Shown: positions 27,717-38,044, counted from the stretch's first letter. The stretch: DNA of 64,000 nucleotides from Thermoproteus sp. (GCA_049976425.1 JBMFIG010000001.1:1-64000), one strand, 5' to 3'. Translations and numbers: made by a program. The notes: generated by a model not told the origin, from the letters alone.

Positions 27717-28008
27717 CGTAGCTGAGCTGATATCGGAGGTGGTATATGAATACCTCTCTAGAGAATTAGGCGAGGAGTTCGTCGAGGCGGAAGTCGAGGT
27801 GGCGTTCGATGGCAATTCTGTGACGGTGTCGGTGGAGGCAGGCGCGGGCGCTCTCGTCGAGGAGGACAGGTTGAGGGAGATTGTCGACAAGGCGGCGGAG
27901 CTCGGGATAACCGTCGCCGATTTGGTAAAGGAAGGGGCGGTACAGCCCAGCGATGACAGAAGGCATGTACTTAGAGAGGCTCTTAAACGTATTAGGGAAT
28001 CGGCGTAG
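27670..28008 (+). CDS. Acidic hypothetical protein (DUF3194-like); start uncertain
   Basis: Acidic alpha/beta ORF immediately after pfdB. Confidence 0.55.
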   Translation: MERSNRQARPQREEVNVAELISEVVYEYLSRELGEEFVEAEVEVAFDGNSVTVSVEAGAGALVEEDRLREIVDKAAELGITVADLVKEGAVQPSDDRRHVLREALKRIRESA

Positions 28009-28876
28009 GATCGCCGTAGTCACGCATAGACACGCGGATCTTGACGCCTTAGGCTGTGCCCTGGTGCTCCGCGACGTCCTGGAGGGCCTAGGCCGTGAGG
28101 CAGTTGTTGTGTGTCCCGACGGCGTGGCCAAGGACGCCGATCCCTACGCTAGGTGTTCCGAGGAGGTGCCGCCTGACATAGAGATGGCCGTGTTGGCGGA
28201 TGTCGCATCGCTGGCGCAGGTCCCTCCCATGGACGTGCCGTTGGCGATATTCGACCACCACGCAGTCGGCGACGAGTTGCCCGGCGTGAGGGAGGAGAGG
28301 CCCAGCTGTAGCGAGATGGCGTTGGAGCTTGCCATCGAGGCGGGCGTGAGGCCCAAGCGCGATTCATTGATAGCGGCGGCTCTGGGGATCTACGCAGATA
28401 CGGCCAGATTGTTAAGAGCAGACAAGAGGACCTTAGCCGCGATCTCCTTCGCGATATCGGAGATAGGGCCGCTCGAGAAGTATATAGTACAACAAGGGGA
28501 GGAACGATCCCTCAAGATGGCCAAGCTCAAGGCGCTGGCGCGCCTCGCGATCTACGAAACCAGGCTGGGCGTGATTTGCGCCACCCACGTAGACGCCTAC
28601 GAGTCGGACGTGGCCGCTCTGTTGACCTCGGCCGGATGCGACGTGGCGATCGTTGCATCGCGTCACGGCGGCGAGGTGAGGCTCGTGTATAGATCGCATA
28701 AGGTGGACGTCGGCGAGATGGCGGCGAGGATAGGCGAGCTTCTAGGAGGGAGCGGAGGAGGCCATAGAGGCGCCTCTGTGACCACAGTGAAGATGAGGGC
28801 GACCAAGGCCGATCTGCCGAGGCTGTTAGGGGACGTGGTCCGCGCCCTGGATCCCGACGCGAGGCCGCTTAGCTGA
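27953..28876 (+). CDS. DHH/DHHA1 phosphoesterase
   Basis: HRHADLDA, DHH, GIYADT and GGGH motifs. Confidence 0.9.
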   Translation: MTEGMYLERLLNVLGNRRRIAVVTHRHADLDALGCALVLRDVLEGLGREAVVVCPDGVAKDADPYARCSEEVPPDIEMAVLADVASLAQVPPMDVPLAIFDHHAVGDELPGVREERPSCSEMALELAIEAGVRPKRDSLIAAALGIYADTARLLRADKRTLAAISFAISEIGPLEKYIVQQGEERSLKMAKLKALARLAIYETRLGVICATHVDAYESDVAALLTSAGCDVAIVASRHGGEVRLVYRSHKVDVGEMAARIGELLGGSGGGHRGASVTTVKMRATKADLPRLLGDVVRALDPDARPLS

Positions 28877-29414
28877 GCATCTCCACCCTCCGTATCCTCA
28901 GTCCGCACGAGGGACACCCCATCACGATGTGGCTGATCAGAGATCTATATTTCGCCGAGAAGATCTTCTCCGACACATATATCCTCATCCGCGCGCTGGC
29001 GCAGTTGGGGCATATATCGCCGTCGCCCAGGCCCTGGCCGATTTTAAACGGCCTGAAAGCCATGGCGTGGCCCACGGCCTCCTCTAGACCCTCCTCGATA
29101 TCCGCGGCGTTGACGCCGATTAGCTTAACGCCGAGATCCCTACCGTACCACCTATTGATCCTGTCGGCAACGCTCTGGAGCTCGTCGATCACGAGATAAG
29201 GCCTATACGCGACAACCACCAGCACATCTGAATTGAACAACTTCAGATAGTCGGCAAGCTCTAGGGGGTCTACATCGAATATATGGCTCCTCTCTGGGCA
29301 CCAGAACGAAACGTAGAGGTTGCCGAGCGCCGCGTACAAGAAGTCGGATTTATGTTCGACCACCTTGAACCCTCTGCCTGCTATATACTCCTCCACCTTC
29401 TGGCAATCCTTCAC
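28869..29414 (-). CDS. Hypothetical protein with C-terminal zinc ribbon
   Basis: CPNC...CPSC. Confidence 0.7.
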   Translation of the reverse strand: MKDCQKVEEYIAGRGFKVVEHKSDFLYAALGNLYVSFWCPERSHIFDVDPLELADYLKLFNSDVLVVVAYRPYLVIDELQSVADRINRWYGRDLGVKLIGVNAADIEEGLEEAVGHAMAFRPFKIGQGLGDGDICPNCASARMRIYVSEKIFSAKYRSLISHIVMGCPSCGLRIRRVEMLS

Positions 29415-29444
29415 AAGGCTTTAATTACCTCCAGATTTAAAGCC

Positions 29445-29609
29445 GTGCGTTGCCCTATGTATAGATCCACAGCCGACGGGATCCGATGTATACTAATACC
29501 CCCTGAGGAGTGGCGGATAAGCAAGGCGCAACTAGAGAAGTACTGCAACAATGGAGGATCCGGGTGCTCTATATACGCTAGGTATATGTCGGTCAAGGGC
29601 AAATTCTAG
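29445..29609 (+). CDS. Small four-Cys protein (54 aa)
   Basis: GTG start ~24 nt after TTAATTA; VRCPMY...IRC...YC...GC; divergent from the previous gene. Confidence 0.6.
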   Translation: MRCPMYRSTADGIRCILIPPEEWRISKAQLEKYCNNGGSGCSIYARYMSVKGKF

Positions 29610-31444
29610 CGTCTTAATCTGAGGTAAACCATGGAGATAGCCACTAGTATCCCTGCGAGCGCCGCCAGCGATGTGGGAAGCTCTCTTCCTGAATTAGTAG
29701 CTACGCTGGGGGTAGTCAAGTTGAAGGTGAAAGAGGCAGGATTAACGGCAATAGGAAGCGTTAAGACGAACTCGTACCTTATAATGCCAGTGCCATATAT
29801 CTTTTTATAGGTTTTAGCTACCGAACTAAAATACTCATATCTCTCTATCGTTTTTGTGATATTGTATCTATAGTTTGATATTATAGAGTTAACTAGACCA
29901 AGGTAGGGAAGCTCGCCTTCCAACGCCGTAGAGAGGGACTTAATCTGACCTGCGCTGTATTTTAAAGATCTCGAGGCGGAGATTAGATAGGCAACGCCGT
30001 CGTTAATAGGCGCAACTAGCCGGTTTACCTGGCCCGCCACGACGGTCAGGTTGTTCGCTATATCCACTAGAGATCTGGAGGCGTTTATTATTATCGGCGG
30101 CATCTCCCTCAACATGGCAGTGGCGTTCCGCCTCGTGGCCAACGCTGTTTGATTTAACAAACCCTCCACTTGGCCCAGCTGGCCGCCGATAGCCACCAAA
30201 GCGTTTCTGGTAGTGGAGACTATGCCGATTAAGGCGCCCACAGAGGTCTTGGCGGAGTCCACCGTAGATTGCAAGCTCTGGATCAAATCGATTGCGTAGT
30301 CCAGCTCTTGGTTCAACGCCTTTGTTGCGTTTTCTACCAATGTATTATTTGAATTTATTTGATTAACTTTTTGTTTTATGGAAATAAGATTTAAATAAAT
30401 TCTATTAATAGAATTTTCGGCACTTTGTAAGGAGAAGTAAATTGTGTATAGATTTCCCTCTATAGAATTGAGAGCCTGCACGGAGGTCGAGAGGGAATTT
30501 TCATAGGCCCCTATCGCTATTGCCTGGGTTTCCAGTGCGTTGGAAAGGGTGGTAAGATAGGCGTATTCGTACTGTATAAGGAGCAGTGATCTATTCAGGG
30601 TAGACGCAACGCCGAGAAGAGACGCCGATATGGCGGCTAGTTGGGAGTTGAGCGCCTTCACCACGTACTGCGACGCGTTCAAGCCTTTGGCCCCTTCCTC
30701 GAACGCCGCCGAGCTCAAGTTCAGCACACTGACTAGGTTATTCAAATTATTTGTAGTGTTATATATTAAGTTATTAAATATATTAACAGCATATGTTAAA
30801 TTATTTAAATAATTATATGTATTATTTAAAACAATTATAGAGCTGTTGGCTTGTTCTATATAGCCAGAGAGATCTATGTCCGATATTATCTCAACTGAAG
30901 GGAGATTCGCGGCGCCGAAGTCGCCGAAGTTCACGACTCTGTAAGATATAGAGAACTTCTTTTCATAGCTGACGAAGAAAGTCCATTGATATACCGTCGT
31001 GCCCCCCAGATTTTCAACTCCAGAGGGAGCCACGTCGCTCATTATCTCAACGCCGGGCGGCCTCTGTACTAGCACCGTCACAGGTATGCTGAAGGGCATA
31101 TAATTCTTTATTATAAAGTTTATTTTAATTAATGAATTATTTGAGCAATATAATTCATTATTTGTAAGTGACGCATTAATATATGTTATATTATAGAAAA
31201 TAGCTATAGGAGGAGGATAGGATCCGTTGGCTGGGATGTATATGACGGAGGCGCCGAAGGGGGGCACCACGTGGCCTAGATACTCCATAGGCCTCGAGGA
31301 GTTGTTGACCACGAAGTACATGTACTGATACGTCGTGGATACGACGCCGCTGTACGAGGCGCTTGTGGATATTATCAACGTGGGCTCCATAGCCCATACG
31401 ACCGATGTTGACAGCAACAGTAGCAAGGCGATTTTTATCTCCAT
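29606..31444 (-). CDS. Secreted, C-terminally anchored long coiled-coil glycoprotein
   Basis: Signal peptide, beta-rich N-domain, ~330-aa heptad region, many N-x-S/T sequons, terminal TM plus RLRR. Confidence 0.8.
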   Translation of the reverse strand: MEIKIALLLLLSTSVVWAMEPTLIISTSASYSGVVSTTYQYMYFVVNNSSRPMEYLGHVVPPFGASVIYIPANGSYPPPIAIFYNITYINASLTNNELYCSNNSLIKINFIIKNYMPFSIPVTVLVQRPPGVEIMSDVAPSGVENLGGTTVYQWTFFVSYEKKFSISYRVVNFGDFGAANLPSVEIISDIDLSGYIEQANSSIIVLNNTYNYLNNLTYAVNIFNNLIYNTTNNLNNLVSVLNLSSAAFEEGAKGLNASQYVVKALNSQLAAISASLLGVASTLNRSLLLIQYEYAYLTTLSNALETQAIAIGAYENSLSTSVQALNSIEGNLYTIYFSLQSAENSINRIYLNLISIKQKVNQINSNNTLVENATKALNQELDYAIDLIQSLQSTVDSAKTSVGALIGIVSTTRNALVAIGGQLGQVEGLLNQTALATRRNATAMLREMPPIIINASRSLVDIANNLTVVAGQVNRLVAPINDGVAYLISASRSLKYSAGQIKSLSTALEGELPYLGLVNSIISNYRYNITKTIERYEYFSSVAKTYKKIYGTGIIRYEFVLTLPIAVNPASFTFNLTTPSVATNSGRELPTSLAALAGILVAISMVYLRLRR

Positions 31445-32199
31445 GCAGAGTCTATAGCTCTGATCTTTTCATATATCTCTTTTGCCTTATCTACATCTAT
31501 TCTTATCTCGCCTCTCGGGATTTCGCCATCCACCACATACCCGCCTCTGACGGTGTAGACCTTATCCGCTATCGCCGCGACGTCGGGGTCGTGTGTCGCT
31601 ATGAGGACAGTGGTCCTCCACGCCTTGTTTAGGGCTAATATCAAGCTGAGTATGGCGGAGGCGTTTTCCAGATCCACGTTAGACGTAGGCTCGTCCAGTA
31701 TCAGAAGCTCGGGGCTGTTGGCCAATGCGCGCGCCAGCGCGGCGCGTTGTTGCATGCCGCCCGACAGCTGGATGGGATACCTCTCTGCCGAGTCCTCAAG
31801 GCCGACGAGCCTCAATAGCAACTTGGCCTTGGCCTTAGCCAAGTCCTTGGGCATACCTGCGGCCAACATCGGCAACATCACGTTCTGCAACGCCGTTAGG
31901 TACGGGACTAGGTTATACGACTGGAATAGATAGCCTATTCTCAAGAGCCTGAACCGCTCCAGCCTCCTCTCGTCGAGGCCCGTCACGTCGGTTCCCAGCA
32001 CCACGACGACGCCGCTGGTGGGCCTATCCAAGGACGATATTATGTTCAACAAGGTCGTCTTGCCGGAGCCTGAGGGGCCCATAAACGCCGTGATAGTGGC
32101 GCTGGGTATCTTGAGCGTTACTCCCTTCAACGCGTGCACCTCGCCGGCGGCTGTCCTGTATATCTTGTGTACATTCTCCAGATATACCGCCTCGCTCAT
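31435..32199 (-). CDS. ABC ATPase, MacB/LolD type
   Basis: GPSGSGKTT, GYLFQSYNL, LSGGMQQR, DEPT, ATHD. Confidence 0.93.
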   Translation of the reverse strand: MSEAVYLENVHKIYRTAAGEVHALKGVTLKIPSATITAFMGPSGSGKTTLLNIISSLDRPTSGVVVVLGTDVTGLDERRLERFRLLRIGYLFQSYNLVPYLTALQNVMLPMLAAGMPKDLAKAKAKLLLRLVGLEDSAERYPIQLSGGMQQRAALARALANSPELLILDEPTSNVDLENASAILSLILALNKAWRTTVLIATHDPDVAAIADKVYTVRGGYVVDGEIPRGEIRIDVDKAKEIYEKIRAIDSAWR

Positions 32200-33332
32200 C
32201 TCAAGATCTCCAGAGGTCTCAAGGTCACGGCCCTATATATCGGCAGGAGGGCGCCTGCCAGAGCTACTAGGAAGGACAAGGCGATGCCCAGCGCAAACAG
32301 CGACGGTATGAACGGTATAGGGACGTCGAAGAAGTAGCCCAGCTTAATTAGTAGGTACTTGATCCCCAGAGCCCCGAAATAGCCAGCGATGCCGCCAGCC
32401 GCGCCCCCCAGAAAGCCCACCGAGGCGATCTCGAGCACGAACGCCAGTGCTATATCCCTTCCCGAGATGCCGGTGGCCTTCAAGAGAGCTATCTCGCCCA
32501 TACGTTCCCTCACTGTTATGGACATAACTGTGAAGGTGGTCAGAAGGCCTGCCAGAAACGCGATGATCTCTATCACAAGGAAGAATATGTTCAGCATGTT
32601 GAATACTCTGTTTATGGTGGACAGAGCGCTCTGTTGTGTGTATACCTCGGCCTGCGGATACCTCTGCTTCAAAGCCTGGGCTAGGGGCTGTATCAACGAC
32701 TTGTCCTTTAGGGTTATGAAGACCATGTTGTAGAAATCCCCTATACCCATCTGTTGTTGGAGCCAATCTAGAGGCACGACGACCAAGTTAAGGCTCATAG
32801 GGCCTATGAATCCCTTCAACAAGTTGCTCATTATGCCGACCACGGTCGCTCTGAGCTTTACAGGAGGCGCCACGCTACTCTGGTATACGTATATCGTCAC
32901 GTCTTGCCCCAACGAGACGCCTAGCGTGGACTCGACCACCGCCTCGCCTCCCGCATGCGGCAGTCTGCCGGCTTGCAACTCCACGTCGAAATAGCCTATA
33001 TCGCTCAGGGGCACTCCCAGAAGCGTCACCGTCTTGTTCCCCAGAGTGCCCGTCAGCATGACCACAGGCTCGGCGCTCTGGACGTAGGGGATAGATCTTA
33101 AAGAAGAGATGAAAGCGTATGGGATATTAATTGAGTTGGAATAAATAAGTATATCTGCTGGAAATATTTGATATAATTGATTCTTTACATATATTTTAGC
33201 CCCAACGCTTATAATGCTCAGAGCTACCATCAACGCCGCGCCTATGGCTATGACAATAACCAGCAACAGGTATCTAGCCTTTCTAGCCCTCATATCGCTG
33301 GTTGCCAGCATCGTGATGTGGCGATACGCCAT
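32196..33332 (-). CDS. ABC permease, MacB/FtsX type
   Basis: TM1, large extracellular domain, three C-terminal TMs; VRERMGEIALLKATG and PLEILR motifs. Confidence 0.9.
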   Translation of the reverse strand: MAYRHITMLATSDMRARKARYLLLVIVIAIGAALMVALSIISVGAKIYVKNQLYQIFPADILIYSNSINIPYAFISSLRSIPYVQSAEPVVMLTGTLGNKTVTLLGVPLSDIGYFDVELQAGRLPHAGGEAVVESTLGVSLGQDVTIYVYQSSVAPPVKLRATVVGIMSNLLKGFIGPMSLNLVVVPLDWLQQQMGIGDFYNMVFITLKDKSLIQPLAQALKQRYPQAEVYTQQSALSTINRVFNMLNIFFLVIEIIAFLAGLLTTFTVMSITVRERMGEIALLKATGISGRDIALAFVLEIASVGFLGGAAGGIAGYFGALGIKYLLIKLGYFFDVPIPFIPSLFALGIALSFLVALAGALLPIYRAVTLRPLEILR

Positions 33333-33368
33333 CGCGGATATTTTTGAACTAAAAAATTATTTAGCGTT

Positions 33369-35957
33369 GTGAGAACGGCGTCGGCCTACGCCTTGCTCGC
33401 GCTGTGGGCCGCTGTGTATATCTATCTAGCGTTGCATGCGGCGAGGGTATTTGACGTGCTGGTGTACTCAGAATCCAAGCTAATGCCTAAAAATGTAGAA
33501 CCAAATATAGTAAATAATATAATAAATAATGGATCTAAATCTAATAGTTCTTCCAATTTTATATTTATAGTAGTATATGGACCTAATCTTTCGCATAAAC
33601 TTTCTCTAATCAACAAGACATTGGTTGAGGAGGGCTACAACGTGACGTCGCCGCTTACTATACAGTATACAGCCCAAAAAATATATTGGGCAAAAATAAA
33701 TACTATATTAAATAATTATACAAATAAATTCTTTAATTACTTAAATACTATATATAATTCTACAGAAGATAGCTGTATAAAGCTTAGAGAACTTAAGGAA
33801 GCATATGAGGCGGCCAAGAGAAACGCCACGGCGTTGTTGTACGCCACGTATGGCGCCGCCCTGCTGAACTACTCAACGCCTCAGACGGCGAAGTTCCTCC
33901 AGTACTACCGGAATCTGTCGAAAATTTACGGCGTGGATACGGCGGTGAGGCTCGCCGCCGACGAGGCCTACGGCAACGTGAGCTGGTTGCTCGAGGGCAT
34001 TACGTGGAGGGACTGGGCCGCCGAGAGCTCGATAGATCTAGTTGCCGAGAGGATCTTGTCGGCTAGATTGAACCAGTCGCTGATCCAGCTGGCTAGAAAC
34101 GTGACCGAGCTAGGGGTCGAGAAGTACCTGTACCTACAGCTGGCTTCCCGGTTGCCGCCTGCTCTGAGGCCCTATATACCGTATGTCCTCTGCGTTAATG
34201 AGACCGGAGCCGCTACCGACATTTTTAGGGAATCTCTACTTAGGAACTTGACCTCAGAATATCCGCCGCCTACGATGTACACCATACCGCAAGCCGAGCA
34301 GTTGCTTTACGGCGATCTGTACGCTCTGACGATAGTCGAGGGGACAGGCGTGCCTAGGCTTAACTACAGTTGGGCCGTCCCCGTATCTACCGACATCCTC
34401 ATGTCGCAGTTCACGGAGACCGTGACCTCCGAGGTGCCCGACATAGATAAGACAACGGCGATAGTCATGTTGGCGATTCTGCTCTTGGTGTTCGGCACGC
34501 TGATCGCGCCGCTGGTCGTGCTGGCCGAGGTGGGGCTGTCCTACCTCGCCCTCCTGGGGCTTATCTACTTGATCTCGCCCTATATGCCGCCCTACTACCT
34601 TTCGGTGTACATAGCAGCGCCCGTGGTCTTCGCGTTGGGGATAGACTACAACCTCTTGTTGCTCGGAAGATACGCAGAGGAGAGGAACAAGGGGGCCGAG
34701 CCCGTCGAGGCCGTTAGTGCGGCCGTCGGCTTCGGCAAACGCGCGGTTCTCACAAGCGCGGCGGTGGCCGGCCTGGCTCTCGGTAGCTTCGGCTTCTCTG
34801 TCTTGCCATTTATGCAGACCATAGGGCTGGCCTTGGCGCTTTCCGTCGTATTGGTGTTGGCCACCTCCTTCACGGCAACTCCCGCGTTGATGACCGTGAT
34901 GGGCGATAGGCTGTTCTGGCCGAGGAAGATAGAGGAGATAAGACTCCACGAAGGCCGCTCCAAGCTCCTGGGCAGATCTGTGGACTTTGCGCTTAAACAT
35001 TCGAAAATATTATTAATATTATTTGTTATAATTACTTTAACCTTAATTATATTCATAATAAATAATATAAGAATAACTACAAATCCTATATCGGCAATGC
35101 CGGAGACTAAGAGTAAGGAGGCGTTGCGTATAGCCCAGACGTATTTCAGAAACGTGACGGCGTTATCTACCACATATCTCGTATTTGCTAGGAGCCCGAA
35201 CGACTCTGTGCTTAGCTATATAACTGAAATTCCCTATTATACAAACTATACTATATTTACAAAGGGAAAATATTATATAATTTCATTAAAATTATCTCTA
35301 ACTAGTACATCGGATGAATTAATATATATTTATGATAATTTAACTAAACTTAGGAAACATGGTCTTCTATATATAGGCGGCGATGCTGGCTGGAAACACA
35401 TCTATTATACATATATATATTTATATTTTTGGCATTTTCAACTATATATAATTTTATTGAGCGTGATATTGGCTCTAATGGTGGCTCTTCGTAGCGTCAT
35501 GACTCCCTTAAGGCTTGTCGCCACCGTGCTTATGTCTATGGTGTGGGGCCTCGCCCTCAACATAGCCCTATTCCAGATGGTAGGCGGCCAGCTGACGTAT
35601 TGGCTACAGCCCGTCGTCCTTACAACTCTCCTGGTCGCCGTAGGGACAGACTACGACGTGTTCATAGTGTCGAGGATTAGGGAAGAGGTAGAGAGAGGTC
35701 TCGACGATAGGTCCGCGATAAGGACGGCTATAGTGACCACAGGCCCCATAGTCACGGGGGCCGCGTTAATCCTCGCCCTAGCCTTTCTCTCCATAGTCCA
35801 GTCGCAGTTGACGGTCCTACAGCAGATAGGGGCCACCGTGGCGTTTTCGGCTATTTTCGACGCCTATATAGTGAGGCCGTTGCTCGTCCCGGCGATAATG
35901 AACCTACTAGCTAAATACAACTGGTGGCCTTCTAAGTTGCATGAACGTCCGCGTTAG
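33369..35957 (+). CDS. MMPL/RND-family transporter
   Basis: Two repeats with ALGIDYNLLL and AVGTDYDVFIVSRIREE; C-terminal NWWP. Confidence 0.9.
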   Translation: MRTASAYALLALWAAVYIYLALHAARVFDVLVYSESKLMPKNVEPNIVNNIINNGSKSNSSSNFIFIVVYGPNLSHKLSLINKTLVEEGYNVTSPLTIQYTAQKIYWAKINTILNNYTNKFFNYLNTIYNSTEDSCIKLRELKEAYEAAKRNATALLYATYGAALLNYSTPQTAKFLQYYRNLSKIYGVDTAVRLAADEAYGNVSWLLEGITWRDWAAESSIDLVAERILSARLNQSLIQLARNVTELGVEKYLYLQLASRLPPALRPYIPYVLCVNETGAATDIFRESLLRNLTSEYPPPTMYTIPQAEQLLYGDLYALTIVEGTGVPRLNYSWAVPVSTDILMSQFTETVTSEVPDIDKTTAIVMLAILLLVFGTLIAPLVVLAEVGLSYLALLGLIYLISPYMPPYYLSVYIAAPVVFALGIDYNLLLLGRYAEERNKGAEPVEAVSAAVGFGKRAVLTSAAVAGLALGSFGFSVLPFMQTIGLALALSVVLVLATSFTATPALMTVMGDRLFWPRKIEEIRLHEGRSKLLGRSVDFALKHSKILLILFVIITLTLIIFIINNIRITTNPISAMPETKSKEALRIAQTYFRNVTALSTTYLVFARSPNDSVLSYITEIPYYTNYTIFTKGKYYIISLKLSLTSTSDELIYIYDNLTKLRKHGLLYIGGDAGWKHIYYTYIYLYFWHFQLYIILLSVILALMVALRSVMTPLRLVATVLMSMVWGLALNIALFQMVGGQLTYWLQPVVLTTLLVAVGTDYDVFIVSRIREEVERGLDDRSAIRTAIVTTGPIVTGAALILALAFLSIVQSQLTVLQQIGATVAFSAIFDAYIVRPLLVPAIMNLLAKYNWWPSKLHERPR

Positions 35958-36633
35958 GGCGCTCCTCCTCGACTTTTTCGGGACTCTGGCCAGGATCGAC
36001 GAAGAGGAGTCCTACCTACGCGACGTGGCCGCCGGGCTTTCGTCGGTCTTAGGCGTGAGCGATGAGAAGTCTCTGGAGTATTTCATGGAGGCTAGGAGGT
36101 TGGCCAACGCCGTGAGGGAGGCCTCTCTGGCTGAAATAACCGTTGACGGACAGGCGGCCTTAATATCGGCGCTGTCGGGAGGCGATTGGCGCGATATCCG
36201 CGCCGTCTTGGTCAACGCGATGCTGAACCACCTAGTGCCTGTGGACTATTCGCCGGAGTTTCTCAGATGGGCGAGTTCCCGGTACAAAACGGCAATAATA
36301 TCCAACATAACCTGCAAATGCTACATAGAGGAGTTCCTGAGACGGCTGGGCGTTTCCGTCGACGTTTTGGTGACGTCGGACGTGATCAGGTACCGGAAAC
36401 CGCATAGGGTCATGTTCAGGATAGCCCTCAGAAGGCTCGGCGTCAGGCCGGAGGAGGCCGTCATGGTGGGCGACGACGATGTGGATTTGGGCGCCAGGGC
36501 CTTGGGCATACTCACCGTGATAGTCGGGAGCAAGACGCGAGGCGATCTGAACTTCAGCAGTCTAGCGGAGCTTAGGCGCTGGCTGGAGGAGAATACATTT
36601 AATGCGTCGGAAACCCCTCGGCATGATCTGTAG
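35941..36633 (+). CDS. HAD-family hydrolase
   Basis: DFFGTL, ISN, RKPH, MVGDD. Confidence 0.88.
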   Translation: MNVRVRALLLDFFGTLARIDEEESYLRDVAAGLSSVLGVSDEKSLEYFMEARRLANAVREASLAEITVDGQAALISALSGGDWRDIRAVLVNAMLNHLVPVDYSPEFLRWASSRYKTAIISNITCKCYIEEFLRRLGVSVDVLVTSDVIRYRKPHRVMFRIALRRLGVRPEEAVMVGDDDVDLGARALGILTVIVGSKTRGDLNFSSLAELRRWLEENTFNASETPRHDL

Positions 36634-38044
36634 CTCGTGGATCTGCGGCGAGATAAAAAGGCCGAGCTCCTGCGTCGAGGAGGACTACGACGTGTTGGTT
36701 GTGGGCGCCGGCATAGGCGGATTGGCGGCCGCCCAAGAGCTGGGCAGATACGGGCTTAAGGTAGCCGTCTATAGCGAGGGGCCTAGAGGCGGCCACAACG
36801 CCCTAGACGGAGAGCCGACCATATCGGGCGTCTCGGCCCGCGAATATATAGATAAGTATACGGTGGAGGTCAATAGAGGGATTTTCGACGGCGAGGTCCT
36901 AATTTCCGGCGATCGGTGTATTAAGCCTAAGTTTAAGCATTTGGTTCTCAGCACGGGGGGCGTGGAGATGTACACGCCGATGCCCGGCTCTCCGCAAGTC
37001 CTATTGGCCTCGGAGGCGCTCGCCGCAGGGATAAACGGCAGGAGGCTACTGGTGTGGGGGACCACCGAGTGGGGGCTCCGGACGGCGATCGCCTTGGCTC
37101 GTAGAGGCAACAGGGTAGTGATCGCCGACAACTCGGCCTACCTACGCGACGTGAAGTACTTCCAGACGGTTAGAAGCACCTTGGAGAAGTTGGGGATAGA
37201 GGTGGTACACTCGGCTGTGATAAGGAGGTATAGAGACGGCGTGATCGAGCTGAAGGTGTACGTGGGGAAGAAGGGGACAGAGAATAGGAGGATAGAGGCA
37301 GACGCCGTTGTGTCGACGGTCAGAACAGCCAACATATACGTCCCGCTGAGGCTAGGCCTCAAGGTCTTCTACTCGTTCGAGCTCAACTCGTTGGTGCCCA
37401 GGCGCAACAGCTTCGGCGAGGTTTTGAGAATCGACGATAGGGGCAAGTCGGCCGGGGGCACTAACATATACGCCGTCGGCGAGCTGTACGGCGCCGTCTA
37501 CGCCCACCTCGAGGAGGCCCACGGCAGATTGCTCGCGTCGTATATAGCGTCCAAGGAGGGCCTGGAGGACGCCGACAAAGTCGCCAAGGCTCTGGAGGAG
37601 TTCAAGTCCAGGATAGCTCTGGAGGTCAACTGGCTCTACAACCTCGACTTGAGGCTCAGCAGAGGGACCGACTACAGCGACCTATACGTGGAGCCCAACG
37701 TGATAGATGCGCCCGGCTGGCCCTATTTTTGGCCAAACGATATCGACGAGATAGACGGCGACCAGGTAATATGTCCCTGCACGGGCCTAAAGCTCTCCGA
37801 CTTCATGAAGGCCGTCGACAGACTCAACAAGATGAAGATCGAGGTGAGGGTGACAAGCGACGAGGTGAACAAGCTCAGACACATCAAGCTACCCACAATA
37901 AGCCAGGTGGCCAAGGGCCCCAGCCCCTGTTTCGAGATATTCTGCATACCCAACATGGCCATAATAGCGGGGGCGATATACGCCCAGAAGCCCTCGTATC
38001 TACTATACGGACGGCCCAAGCAACTCTACGAGCCGGCGCCTTAG
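36623..38044 (+). CDS. FAD-dependent oxidoreductase (sarcosine oxidase/proline dehydrogenase alpha-like)
   Basis: VVGAGIGGL Rossmann motif, NIYAVGE, C-terminal ICPC...PC...C. Confidence 0.7.
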   Translation: MICSSWICGEIKRPSSCVEEDYDVLVVGAGIGGLAAAQELGRYGLKVAVYSEGPRGGHNALDGEPTISGVSAREYIDKYTVEVNRGIFDGEVLISGDRCIKPKFKHLVLSTGGVEMYTPMPGSPQVLLASEALAAGINGRRLLVWGTTEWGLRTAIALARRGNRVVIADNSAYLRDVKYFQTVRSTLEKLGIEVVHSAVIRRYRDGVIELKVYVGKKGTENRRIEADAVVSTVRTANIYVPLRLGLKVFYSFELNSLVPRRNSFGEVLRIDDRGKSAGGTNIYAVGELYGAVYAHLEEAHGRLLASYIASKEGLEDADKVAKALEEFKSRIALEVNWLYNLDLRLSRGTDYSDLYVEPNVIDAPGWPYFWPNDIDEIDGDQVICPCTGLKLSDFMKAVDRLNKMKIEVRVTSDEVNKLRHIKLPTISQVAKGPSPCFEIFCIPNMAIIAGAIYAQKPSYLLYGRPKQLYEPAP

